Part shown: positions 40,839-49,495 of the stretch, piece by piece
Position numbering within the stretch: position 1 is the first letter of the stretch
Layout: each line of letters starts with the position of its first letter
Assembly (NCBI GenBank): GCA_025056465.1
Contig: JANWVU010000001.1
Span: 1-51,679 of the forward strand
Direction of reading: 5' to 3'
DNA length: 51,679 bases
Source of the DNA: Verrucomicrobiia bacterium
GTDB taxonomy: Bacteria; Verrucomicrobiota; Verrucomicrobiia; Palsa-1439
The notes under the pieces: model-generated
What the model was told of the DNA's origin: nothing
Databases searched by the model: none
What the model saw: only the letters and a program-made list of their open reading frames with translations
Program-made: the position numbers and the translations under genes

Positions 40839-42035
40839 TTACTCGCCTTTGTTGAAGGTGACGTAATTCTCCGTCAGATCCGTCGTGTAAATCACGGCGC
40901 GGCCAGCGCCCTCGTGCAGGTGGACGGTGACGCGAAAGGATGGACGTGCCAACACCGCGCGCAATGAGTCAACCGGTGTGCGCGCGGCAATGCCCCGCCG
41001 CACGGCCGGCAGGTTATCGTAAAAAATTTCCACACGGAGCGGATCAAACCGCGCCCCGCTGTATCCCAGCGCGTCCATGATTCGTCCCCAATTCGGGTCT
41101 CCCCCGCACCAACTGGTCTTCACCAACACGGAGTTGGCCACCGCACGGGCGGCGCGATCGGCATCGCGGTCGGACGCGGCACCGCGCACTTCCACCGTGA
41201 CGAATTTGCTACATCCCTCTCCGTCTCGGACGATCATGTGCGCGAGCTCGAGGCATACGTGATTCAAGGCGTCTTGAAACAATGGTGCCGGGATGGACCC
41301 GGCCATCCCGTTGGCAAGGAGAATGACCGTATCGTTGGTGCTCATGTCGCCATCGACGCTAATGCGGTTGAACGATTGCTCGACCGCGCGGTGCAAGGTG
41401 CGTTGGGCCATGGCGCGGGTCAACGCGGCGTCGGTGGTGAGCAAACACAACATGGTGGCCATCTGGGGATGAATCATGCCGGCTCCTTTCGCGACCCCGC
41501 CGATGCGCATGGTGCGACCCCGGTAGGACACGTGCACGGCGATTTCTTTCGGCACGGTATCCGAGGTCATCATCGCCTCGGCCAACGCATGACCGCCGTG
41601 GGGTTGCAACGCGCCCAGCAGTTGTTTGATACCGGCCTGCACCTTGACGATGGGCAGCTTCACGCCGATGCGTCCGGTGGAGCAAACGAGCACCTGAGTT
41701 GCTGGGCACCCGATGCGCCGCGCAACGGCTTCGGTCATCGCGCGCGCATGCAACAGCCCATCCTCACCGGTGCATGCGTTGGCGTTGCCGCTATTGACAA
41801 TAACTGCGCGCCCGGTACCGTGGCGTGCATGCTCTGCGGAGACGATCACGGGGGCCGCCTTGACGCGGTTGGTGGTGAACACGGCGGCGACGGTTGCCGG
41901 TACGTCGCTGACCAATAGTCCCATGTCTTTTTTCCCATCTGGTTTGATGCCCGCAGCCAACCCCGCTGCACGGAACCCTTGCGGCGTTGTCACGGTACCT
42001 TGGGCCACCTTAGAGAAGCCCGGTAGTTTCTTCAT
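40839..42035 (-). CDS. argJ: bifunctional glutamate N-acetyltransferase / amino-acid acetyltransferase
   Basis: 'GFRAAGLAAGIK' and the autoprocessing region 'HPQMATMLCLLTTDA'. ATG 42035 overlaps the argC 3' end by 26 nt. Confidence 0.93.
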   Translation of the reverse strand: MKKLPGFSKVAQGTVTTPQGFRAAGLAAGIKPDGKKDMGLLVSDVPATVAAVFTTNRVKAAPVIVSAEHARHGTGRAVIVNSGNANACTGEDGLLHARAMTEAVARRIGCPATQVLVCSTGRIGVKLPIVKVQAGIKQLLGALQPHGGHALAEAMMTSDTVPKEIAVHVSYRGRTMRIGGVAKGAGMIHPQMATMLCLLTTDAALTRAMAQRTLHRAVEQSFNRISVDGDMSTNDTVILLANGMAGSIPAPLFQDALNHVCLELAHMIVRDGEGCSKFVTVEVRGAASDRDADRAARAVANSVLVKTSWCGGDPNWGRIMDALGYSGARFDPLRVEIFYDNLPAVRRGIAARTPVDSLRAVLARPSFRVTVHLHEGAGRAVIYTTDLTENYVTFNKGE

Positions 42036-42999
42036 AACCACACGCGAGGTTGAAGCATTGCACGGCCTGACCGGCCGCGCCTTTAGTCAAGTTGTCCAAC
42101 GCGCTCACGATCACAAGGCGACCGGTGCGCGGGTCATGGCGCACACTGATGTCGCAAAAGTTGGTCCGCTCAACGTATTTGGTGTCCGGTAAATTTTCCA
42201 AAACCCGCACGAACGGCTCGTGACGGTAGAACTCCCGGTATGCTTCGAGTGCATGGCCGGCTTGTTTTGCGGTCAGATAAATCGTGGTGAGGATACCACG
42301 ATTGAGCGGTATGAGATGCGGCGTGAACGACACGGTGACGCCGAGTTGCTCTTCAATTTCGGACAAGTGGCGATGTTTGGGGATGCCGTAGGCGCGCGCG
42401 CTTTCGTTGACTTCGCAGAACAGGTATTCCTCTGCCACCTTTCGTCCTGCGCCGCTGACGCCGCTCAGACTGCTAATGACAATCCCGGTGGGCTCGGCCA
42501 GGCCGAGGCGCAACGCCGGTAGGGCGCCGAGCAGGATACTGGTGGGATAACAACCGGGACAAGCGATCAACTCGGCAGTGCGGATTGCGTCGCGATAGAA
42601 CTCTGGTAGTCCATAGACCGATTTGGCCAACAAGTGTGGCGCGGGGTGTTCGTGCTCGTAAAACTCCCGGTAGGTGGCGGGTGACTTAAGACGGAAATCG
42701 GCTGACAGATCAATCACGCGTTTGCCGCGTGCCAACAGCGTTGCCGCATACTCGGCCGCCACGCCATGCGGCAGCGCCAGAAACACGACATCACCAGCCA
42801 CGGTTTCTGGTGAGCTTTCGACGAACTTGGCATCGGTCAGCCCACGGAACTGTGGGAACACGGAGGCCACGGCGCGACCCGAATACTGCCGGGACGTGTA
42901 ACAAACGATGTCGGCCTGCGGATGGCGGAGCAACAACCGGATCAATTCCTGACCGGAGTAGCCGCTGGCCCCAACGATTCCCACGGCGGTTTTGTTCAT
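42010..42999 (-). CDS. argC: N-acetyl-gamma-glutamyl-phosphate reductase
   Basis: 'VGIVGASGYSGQEL' and the active-site segment 'IACPGCYPTS'. Confidence 0.94.
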   Translation of the reverse strand: MNKTAVGIVGASGYSGQELIRLLLRHPQADIVCYTSRQYSGRAVASVFPQFRGLTDAKFVESSPETVAGDVVFLALPHGVAAEYAATLLARGKRVIDLSADFRLKSPATYREFYEHEHPAPHLLAKSVYGLPEFYRDAIRTAELIACPGCYPTSILLGALPALRLGLAEPTGIVISSLSGVSGAGRKVAEEYLFCEVNESARAYGIPKHRHLSEIEEQLGVTVSFTPHLIPLNRGILTTIYLTAKQAGHALEAYREFYRHEPFVRVLENLPDTKYVERTNFCDISVRHDPRTGRLVIVSALDNLTKGAAGQAVQCFNLACGYEETTGLL

Positions 43000-43063
43000 G
43001 ACGAAAATGCGACGGGCCTCGGATTGTGCAACCCGAGGCCCGCAGGCGCAAGCTTGGAAACAC

Positions 43064-43465
43064 TCAGCGCTTCGAGAATTGAAACCGACGCCGCGCGCCT
43101 CGTTGACCGTACTTCTTGCGTTCTTTCATGCGCGGGTCGCGAGTCAACATACCTTTTTCGCGCAAGGTCGGACGCATCTCGGACGAGTGCTTTGCCAGCG
43201 CGCGCGCCAACGCGAGTCGAATCGCTCCCGCTTGCCCACTCGGCCCGCCGCCAGTGACACGCACGCGCACGTCAAACCTGCCATCCTGACCGGTTGCTGC
43301 GAGCGGCTCCAGTGCGTGCACTCGTAACGTGGGCTGTTTCAGATATTCCTCAAACTCACGTTCGTTGATGACCACCTTACCTGTGCCGGGGGTCAATGCG
43401 ACGAAGGCCGTGCTCGTCTTGCGTCGGCCTACCGCAACAATTTCAGATGAATCAACCGCGACCAT
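43064..43465 (-). CDS. rpsI: 30S ribosomal protein S9
   Basis: 133 aa ending 'ERKKYGQRGARRRFQFSKR'. Confidence 0.96.
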   Translation of the reverse strand: MVAVDSSEIVAVGRRKTSTAFVALTPGTGKVVINEREFEEYLKQPTLRVHALEPLAATGQDGRFDVRVRVTGGGPSGQAGAIRLALARALAKHSSEMRPTLREKGMLTRDPRMKERKKYGQRGARRRFQFSKR

Positions 43466-43474
43466 GAAGACTCC

Positions 43475-43906
43475 TTATAGACTGACGGGAATCGGCTTTT
43501 GCGCCGTGTGCGGGTGGTCGGGCCCCGGGTAAACTTTTAATTTGGTCAGGATTTTTCGGCCGAGTCGGTTGTGCGGCACCATGCCACGCACCGCCTGTTC
43601 CACGAGCCGACCGGGGCGTGGGCCGCGACGAATCTCGCTCGCGGTTTGGATTTTCTCGTTGCCGATGTAGCCGGTGACCCGCATGTATTTTTTGCCGGTC
43701 TCCTTCCGCCCGGTCAACACGACCTCCGCTGCGTTGACCACCACCACAAAATCTCCGGTGTCCACGTGGGGCGTGAACGTGGGTTTGTTTTTCCCGCGCA
43801 AAATATTGGCGGCGGCCACGGCCACCTTGCCCAATACTTTGCCTTTGGCATCAATCAGATACCACCGGCGTTGTTGTTCTTCTTTCTTTGCAAAATACGT
43901 GCTCAT
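43475..43906 (-). CDS. rplM: 50S ribosomal protein L13
   Basis: 'RRWYLIDAKGKVLGKVAVAAANILRGKNKPTFTPHVDTGD'. Start set at the ATG at 43906; the upstream in-frame extension shows no L13 similarity. Confidence 0.95.
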   Translation of the reverse strand: MSTYFAKKEEQQRRWYLIDAKGKVLGKVAVAAANILRGKNKPTFTPHVDTGDFVVVVNAAEVVLTGRKETGKKYMRVTGYIGNEKIQTASEIRRGPRPGRLVEQAVRGMVPHNRLGRKILTKLKVYPGPDHPHTAQKPIPVSL

Positions 43907-44120
43907 GACACGATCGAAGTTCCCGCAGGGACGCGCACCGTAACTAACCCCACTGCCCAAGTCAACGCCGAAGATACCGCCCTTTGGTTGCGGAGCGGCG
44001 TGTTTGACAGCCGGTGGGACTGCGTCGCGCGCACCGGCGATCCGACGGTGCGCGATCCACGATGCTGTTGTCATCGCACGAGGAGGTGCGGCGGGAAGCC
44101 GGTACGATCGTGGTGATGAG

Positions 44121-45137
44121 TTAGAGTTGGTTTAACCAGTCGTGCCAGGCGCTCAGGAGGGCGGAGTCGGTGAGGTGCAGCGCAGCGGCGAGCATTTGCA
44201 GCATACCGGTTGTGGTCGGCTGGTGTTGCTCGTATTGAGGTTCGAATAAACCACCTGATTTGAGGAACCGTAGAAACGACTCGCGATGGGGCGGTTGCAT
44301 CAACCACCAGACGAGTGCCCAGCTTTGGGCGTAGGCGATTTCGGTATGCAGGAGGTCACGGTTGAAAAAGCCGGTCGGGTCACGGCATTCGAGAAATTCC
44401 GGTAGGGGGATAAGGAGGCCGGTATCACGGAAGTGCCGCAGCCGTGCGGCGAGGGTGGGGTGCCAGCTTCCGATGGGGGTGGGTTCGCAAAATTGGGCGA
44501 GACCCTCGGTGAGCCACGTGGGTTCGGCGCCGGTGGGAGAGAGCCAACCGTATTGCTGGAACAGTTGATGGGCGGCTTCGTGGCGGATGAGACGATCGTT
44601 CGCTTCGCGGGCGGCAGAGGTGACGGCGTGTTGCCATGAGGCGGCGAAGCCGGTGGCGTGGGCGCAGTTGTCGGGATGGGCGGCCGGTAGGCTATGGAGG
44701 CCGAGGAATTGCCGGTAGCGTTCGGTGCCTTGTTGGTTGAGGAGCACGAGGCGGTTGCGGTCGTGCCAGAAAAAGCCGGCACTGTGACAAAGATGCGGTG
44801 CGATGCGGGACACGTAAACCTGGAAGTCGTGTTGGTTGGCGAACCAATAAACGTCCACTTGCGGTGCCGGCTCGGAAGGCGGTGAGTTGGCTCCGAACAC
44901 GGCGAGGAATTCTGTTTGGATGGCGCGGAGCACTCGCGCAAGATGCGCGATGGTTTCGGGCGAGTCGTCGGAATAAATCCGGTAGGGTGGGCAGATGATA
45001 TTTTGGTGCGGAAGCGGTGGGTAGTCTGAAGTGATGTGTGCGGGCTGACTGGACGGTCGAGAGTAAGGCAACGAGAGCCACGCTGCGGCGAGCCCAAGTG
45101 CGTTGAGGAAAACGGCGGCCACCGTGATGCGTCGCAT
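44121..45137 (-). CDS. secreted DUF1570-like / peptidase-MA-like protein with an HExxH motif
   Basis: Signal-like N-terminus 'MRRITVAAVFLNALGLAAAW'. 'IRHEAAHQLF' is followed by 'WLTEGLAQFCE', giving a gluzincin-like HExxH...E arrangement. Confidence 0.65.
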   Translation of the reverse strand: MRRITVAAVFLNALGLAAAWLSLPYSRPSSQPAHITSDYPPLPHQNIICPPYRIYSDDSPETIAHLARVLRAIQTEFLAVFGANSPPSEPAPQVDVYWFANQHDFQVYVSRIAPHLCHSAGFFWHDRNRLVLLNQQGTERYRQFLGLHSLPAAHPDNCAHATGFAASWQHAVTSAAREANDRLIRHEAAHQLFQQYGWLSPTGAEPTWLTEGLAQFCEPTPIGSWHPTLAARLRHFRDTGLLIPLPEFLECRDPTGFFNRDLLHTEIAYAQSWALVWWLMQPPHRESFLRFLKSGGLFEPQYEQHQPTTTGMLQMLAAALHLTDSALLSAWHDWLNQL

Positions 45138-45184
45138 GACGGTGATTTGGTGAGCAGAAGCGGTGCCTGCGGGCGACTTTGCTA

Positions 45185-45214
45185 TTGACCGCGTCGAAGA
45201 CGGTCACGTATGTT
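45185..45214 (+). promoter_or_regulatory. candidate sigma70-like promoter of the pilus-like cluster
   Basis: TTGACC (45185-45190), 18-nt spacer, TATGTT (45209-45214). Followed by an AGGAG Shine-Dalgarno at 45241-45245. Confidence 0.35.
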
Positions 45215-45253
45215 GCAGGCGATTTCCCTCGACGGGATTAAGGAGACACTGTG

Positions 45254-45847
45254 ATGAACGGACAGCAACGCCGCGTGAGCGTGTTGGTTGGGTTGGTCAT
45301 TTTCGTCGGAGCGTGTCTCAGTTCTGCGTTGGCCCAAGACAATGTGCGGCCGGGGGATTTGACGATTCGGAAGGTGACGCAGCAATTGCGTCGGGCCCCT
45401 GATTACGGCGGCACGAGCACGGCGTTGGGAAGTCAGGTCTCGGGGGCGAATCGGCCGTGGTTGCACATCGAGGTGGAGTTTTCATCGGAGTTGGAGTGGG
45501 CGGATGAAGTGTTGCTGAAGTATTACGCGTTGGTGGGGGAAGGGCGGGAGGCGCGGTTGCTGACCGGGGATGTGGTCCATGTGAACGTGCCGAAGGGGAC
45601 GCGGCGATACTCGGCGATGTTTTTGCACCCGAACACAGTGCAGCGTTTTGGGAAGGGGAAAGTGGAAGCAATAGCGGTGCAGTTGTTTTATCGGGGGCGA
45701 CTGATGGACCAAACCAGCGAGCCACCGGCGCGAACGCGCTGGTGGGAGCAACTGACGCCAACACCTGGTTTTCTGCTACGGCCCAGTGACACCCCGTGGT
45801 CGGTGGTTGCTCACGAGCGATATGAGGCGTACAAGGCATCGCCGTGA
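45254..45847 (+). CDS. secreted hypothetical protein, positional counterpart of Amuc_1102 (pilus-like cluster gene 1)
   Basis: Signal peptide 'VSVLVGLVIFVGACLSSALAQ'. About 170-aa mature protein. The family call rests on position upstream of the PilM-like gene only. ATG 45254 (GTG 45251 is possible). Confidence 0.55.
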   Translation: MNGQQRRVSVLVGLVIFVGACLSSALAQDNVRPGDLTIRKVTQQLRRAPDYGGTSTALGSQVSGANRPWLHIEVEFSSELEWADEVLLKYYALVGEGREARLLTGDVVHVNVPKGTRRYSAMFLHPNTVQRFGKGKVEAIAVQLFYRGRLMDQTSEPPARTRWWEQLTPTPGFLLRPSDTPWSVVAHERYEAYKASP

Positions 45848-45886
45848 GAGGGCACGGCGCGTGACGGAATTGCGGTTTCTTCGAGC

Positions 45887-47638
45887 ATGCTAGGGTCAGC
45901 ACGGATTCTGGGGGTTGACATCGGGGCCTCGACGGTCAAGGTGGCGGAGTTTCAAGTGCTTCGCGGTCAGATTCTGAAGCTAACCAACTTCAACTACGCT
46001 GAGTTGGGTTTAGATCCGGAGCATGAGGAAAATCGCGGGCCGTTGTTGGTGGCGACGTTGCGGAATCTGTTAAAAGAGCGCGGGATTCGGCGGGGCAAAA
46101 CGGTGTTTAGCGTTTCGGGACAATCGGTGTTCACGCGGTTTGTGAAGTTGCCGCCGGTCGATGAGGCCAAGGTCGCGCAAATCATCCTGTACGAAGCGCA
46201 GCAAAACGTGCCCTTTCCGATTCAAGAGGTGGTGTGGGATTACCAATTGATCGGCACGAACGCGCAGGGCGAGCTGGAGGTGGTGTTGTTCGCGATTAAG
46301 GGCAACATTATCGAAGAGCTGAATCGGGGCGTCGAGTCGGTCGGGTTGGAGACGGTGCTGGTGGATGTGGCGCCGATGGCGTTGTACAACGCCTACCGGT
46401 ATAACTATGGCGAGATGGAAGGTTGCACGATGATTCTGGACATCGGCGCGCGTACCACAAACTTGTTGTTTGCCGAGCAAAACAAGATTTTCTCACGGTC
46501 GCTGCCGATTGCCGGCAACGCCATTACGCAGAACATCGCCAGCGAGTTCAACATCAAGTTTCTTGATGCCGAGACGCTGAAGAAGCGTGTGGGATTCGTG
46601 GCGTTGGGCGGGGCATACGAAGAGCCGGAAGATCAAACGCAGGCGCGCGTCAGTAAGATCATCCGCAACGTGATGACGCGGTTGCACGCCGAAGTAGCGC
46701 GCTCGGTGAATTTTTACCGCACCCAACAAGGGGGGAGCCCACCGGCGCGAGTGTTATTGGCCGGTGGGACGTCGGTGATTCCTTACACGGATCGGTTTTT
46801 CCACGAGAAGTTTCAAGTGCCGGTGGAATATCTTAACCCGTTTCGGAATTTGCAGATTGAGGACAAAATTTCGCGCGAAGAGCTGGGGAAGGTGGCGCAT
46901 TTCTTTGGCGAGGTGGTGGGACTAGGGTTGCGGCAGTTGGGTGAGTGTCCGATTGAAGTGAATCTGATGCCGGTCAGCTTGAAGCAGCGGCGGTCGGTCG
47001 AGGAAAAGCGGCCGTATTTGGCCGGGGCGGCGCTGTGTATTTTGGTGGTGCCCATGGCGGTGTGGGCATATCAAGCGAAAGTGGCGAAGATTCGGCAGGA
47101 AAGGCTGAACGACGTGCGAACGTTGGCAAACCAGTACGACCGGACGCGAAAAGAAATCGAGGCGGAAAAAGCGGCGCTGGAAGAGGTGCTGTCGAAAACG
47201 GACCGAATGGCGCAGTTGGTGGAACAACGCACGTATTGGTTGGCGGTGTTGGATGATGTGTCGCAGCGGGTGACGCGAATTCCGGATTTATGGATTACTT
47301 CCATTAGTCCAGTGCAAGCCGGCGGTGCAGAGGCTGCGCCGACTCCGGTGGGGCGTGGTCGCCGTGGTGTGATGGCCGCGCCGACTGAACCCGCAGCCTC
47401 GTCAACCGCGCCGAAATCTGCGGGCGTTTATCTGCAGATTCGAGGAGAGGGGATTCATAGTGTTAACAACCCGGCGCAGGATTTGGAGTTGGTTGAGCAA
47501 TTTGCGGAGGAACTGCGTCAATCGCCCTTTTTCGACAAGGACGATGTGGAAATCGTGGAACCGCCCCCGGCTATGACGGAGAAGGAAATTTTTCAGTTTG
47601 GGCTGCGTGCGCGGCTGAAAACCCTGCCCCCAACCTGA
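45887..47638 (+). CDS. PilM-like actin-fold ATPase fused to a TM segment and a PilN/PilO-like C-terminal region (Amuc_1101-like)
   Basis: 'ILGVDIGASTVKVAEF', 'VDVAPMALYNAY', 'ILDIGARTTNL' and 'VLLAGGTSVIP' are PilM/FtsA-type phosphate and adenosine motifs. A TM segment 'YLAGAALCILVVPMAVWAY' follows, then a coiled coil and a roughly 130-aa C-terminal domain. Confidence 0.85.
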   Translation: MLGSARILGVDIGASTVKVAEFQVLRGQILKLTNFNYAELGLDPEHEENRGPLLVATLRNLLKERGIRRGKTVFSVSGQSVFTRFVKLPPVDEAKVAQIILYEAQQNVPFPIQEVVWDYQLIGTNAQGELEVVLFAIKGNIIEELNRGVESVGLETVLVDVAPMALYNAYRYNYGEMEGCTMILDIGARTTNLLFAEQNKIFSRSLPIAGNAITQNIASEFNIKFLDAETLKKRVGFVALGGAYEEPEDQTQARVSKIIRNVMTRLHAEVARSVNFYRTQQGGSPPARVLLAGGTSVIPYTDRFFHEKFQVPVEYLNPFRNLQIEDKISREELGKVAHFFGEVVGLGLRQLGECPIEVNLMPVSLKQRRSVEEKRPYLAGAALCILVVPMAVWAYQAKVAKIRQERLNDVRTLANQYDRTRKEIEAEKAALEEVLSKTDRMAQLVEQRTYWLAVLDDVSQRVTRIPDLWITSISPVQAGGAEAAPTPVGRGRRGVMAAPTEPAASSTAPKSAGVYLQIRGEGIHSVNNPAQDLELVEQFAEELRQSPFFDKDDVEIVEPPPAMTEKEIFQFGLRARLKTLPPT

Positions 47639-47639
47639 C

Positions 47640-48578
47640 ATGAATCGCGACTGGCTAAAACGCAACGGAATTGCACTGGTTTTCCTCGTGGGGTTCGTGG
47701 TGTTTCTTGCTTACGACATCTGGAAACTTCAACAAGCCATTCGCCACCGTCGGTCGGTCGAGGAGGAGCTGGAACGCGAGGAGCAGCGGTTACAGGAACT
47801 GCTGCGTAGCGAGATTTTCCCATCGAGCGAAAATGTGCGGATTCTGCGCTCCAACCGAGAGCAATTGGAGGGCTTGTACAGTCAAATTGTCCATCGCGTG
47901 GCGCGTCCCGTGCCAGCCCCGACCCTCAACCGGGTTCAGTTCCGTGCTTTGCTGACGCAAAAGTTAAATGAACTGTCCGACACCGCCCGCGAGAAGGGCG
48001 TGGTCCTAGGGGCAAATTTTGCGTTCGGATTCGACGAATATCTCGGCACGTTGCCACCTGATAATCGGGCAGTGCTCAACGTGCTGACGAAGCAACTGTT
48101 GGTGGTGGAGCGGTTGGTGCAGTTGTTGTATGCGGCTCCCGTCGAGGAGATCCGCAAGATTGAGCGCCCGTCGGCGGAGGCGGTGGTGGCGGAGTTAGGC
48201 GCGAAGTCTGAAGATTTGTACCACCGGATGAGTTTCACCATTGAGTTCACCACCAACACGGCTGGGTTGCAGAAGTTTCTCAACGAATTGCCCCGACAAG
48301 ATTGGGTGTTGATGGTGCGTCAAATGTCCGTGGAAAAAAACAAAATGACGGTGGAGCGACCGGGAGCAAGTCTTCTGGCCGCGCCGGTAGGTTCGGCCGG
48401 TGGGTTGGACCCCGCTTTTTTGGCCCGCGCGGGCCCCGGCATGGTGCCCGGTGGCCTAGGTGTCGCACCTGCGGCGCCTGCCGCCCCCACGCAAGTCGTG
48501 AAGGAGGTTTTGGAAGTGCGTCTGACCGTGGACTTGGTTGAGGTAGCCACCCCGCAAAAACCAGCACGCCGAACTTGA
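47640..48578 (+). CDS. Amuc_1100-like pilus-associated membrane-anchored protein
   Basis: 312 aa. N-terminal TM 'IALVFLVGFVVFLAYDIW', coiled coil, Ala/Pro-rich linker. Colinear with my recollection of Amuc_1100 (317 aa), e.g. 'MSFTIEFTTNTAGLQKFLNEL' vs 'MPLEIAFQGDRESVLKAMNAI', and the C-terminal 'TQVVKEVLEVRLTVDLVEV'. Confidence 0.65.
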   Translation: MNRDWLKRNGIALVFLVGFVVFLAYDIWKLQQAIRHRRSVEEELEREEQRLQELLRSEIFPSSENVRILRSNREQLEGLYSQIVHRVARPVPAPTLNRVQFRALLTQKLNELSDTAREKGVVLGANFAFGFDEYLGTLPPDNRAVLNVLTKQLLVVERLVQLLYAAPVEEIRKIERPSAEAVVAELGAKSEDLYHRMSFTIEFTTNTAGLQKFLNELPRQDWVLMVRQMSVEKNKMTVERPGASLLAAPVGSAGGLDPAFLARAGPGMVPGGLGVAPAAPAAPTQVVKEVLEVRLTVDLVEVATPQKPARRT

Positions 48579-48583
48579 GCGTC

Positions 48584-49393
48584 ATGGACCTATTGCGCCG
48601 ACATTGGGAAAAGTTGTTGTTAACGGGGGTGCTGCTAGGGGTCATTGGGGTGACCATTTGGTTGTCGCTTCGAGTTGGTGAGTTGACGGAGGAATTGCAA
48701 CAGGGGCGGCGAAACCCACCGGCCAAAGGCAAAGAAGTGGCGGTAATCGACACCGAAGCCTACCAACGTGCCATCGCACACCTCCAATCACCCCTCCAAT
48801 GGAAGATTGCTGAGCGTGACCCATTTCAAATGCCGCAGATAGACCGTGGGCCAGTCGAGACCAATGTGCCACCAGACCGTCCTGTATCCACCTCCCTCGC
48901 GTTGTTGCGGGTCGAGCGCGTGCCATTCAAAATGAACTTCAAAGCGTACGTGGGAGAGGGACGCAACTTCCAGATTGATTTCAAATTCCGGCCCCGCACG
49001 TTCTTTGTGGAAAAAGTCGGCGATGTCATTAAGGACCGCTTCGAGGATACGGGTTATCAAGTGATAAAATTTGAGCGCAAAGCGACGAATGTCTTTCACT
49101 CGTCCTTGGGCCGTGAAGTAACTGTGGATGTATCGGAATTGACCGTGCAGCGACCGGGTGAGAAGCCGGTAGTGCTCGTACTGAATCGCGAGGCCGAAGA
49201 AGAGGAGCCAGTCGCCACACTACGTTGCAAGCCATTCATGAGCGACGCCACAACATTCCGAGTGCGGCGCGGACAGCAATTCACATGTGCGGGCAAAACC
49301 TATAAAGTCGTTGACATCACTTTTAACACCGTGATAATCGCAGATATCCTAACAGAGGAGAGGCGCACCCTTTTGTTGACGAGGGAAGGATGA
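48584..49393 (+). CDS. membrane-anchored hypothetical protein, positional counterpart of Amuc_1099
   Basis: N-terminal TM 'LLLTGVLLGVIGVTIWLSL', then a roughly 230-aa soluble domain. ATG 48584 (TTG 48575 would overlap the previous stop). Confidence 0.55.
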   Translation: MDLLRRHWEKLLLTGVLLGVIGVTIWLSLRVGELTEELQQGRRNPPAKGKEVAVIDTEAYQRAIAHLQSPLQWKIAERDPFQMPQIDRGPVETNVPPDRPVSTSLALLRVERVPFKMNFKAYVGEGRNFQIDFKFRPRTFFVEKVGDVIKDRFEDTGYQVIKFERKATNVFHSSLGREVTVDVSELTVQRPGEKPVVLVLNREAEEEEPVATLRCKPFMSDATTFRVRRGQQFTCAGKTYKVVDITFNTVIIADILTEERRTLLLTREG

Positions 49394-49495
49394 AGCAAAC
49401 CATCGGGCGGGGTAAACCGCCGCAAATCGAGAGCTTTATGGCACGAGTCGGATGCGCCCTGTCGTCGCGTCCCTGAATGGAATGGAGAAACGGAC

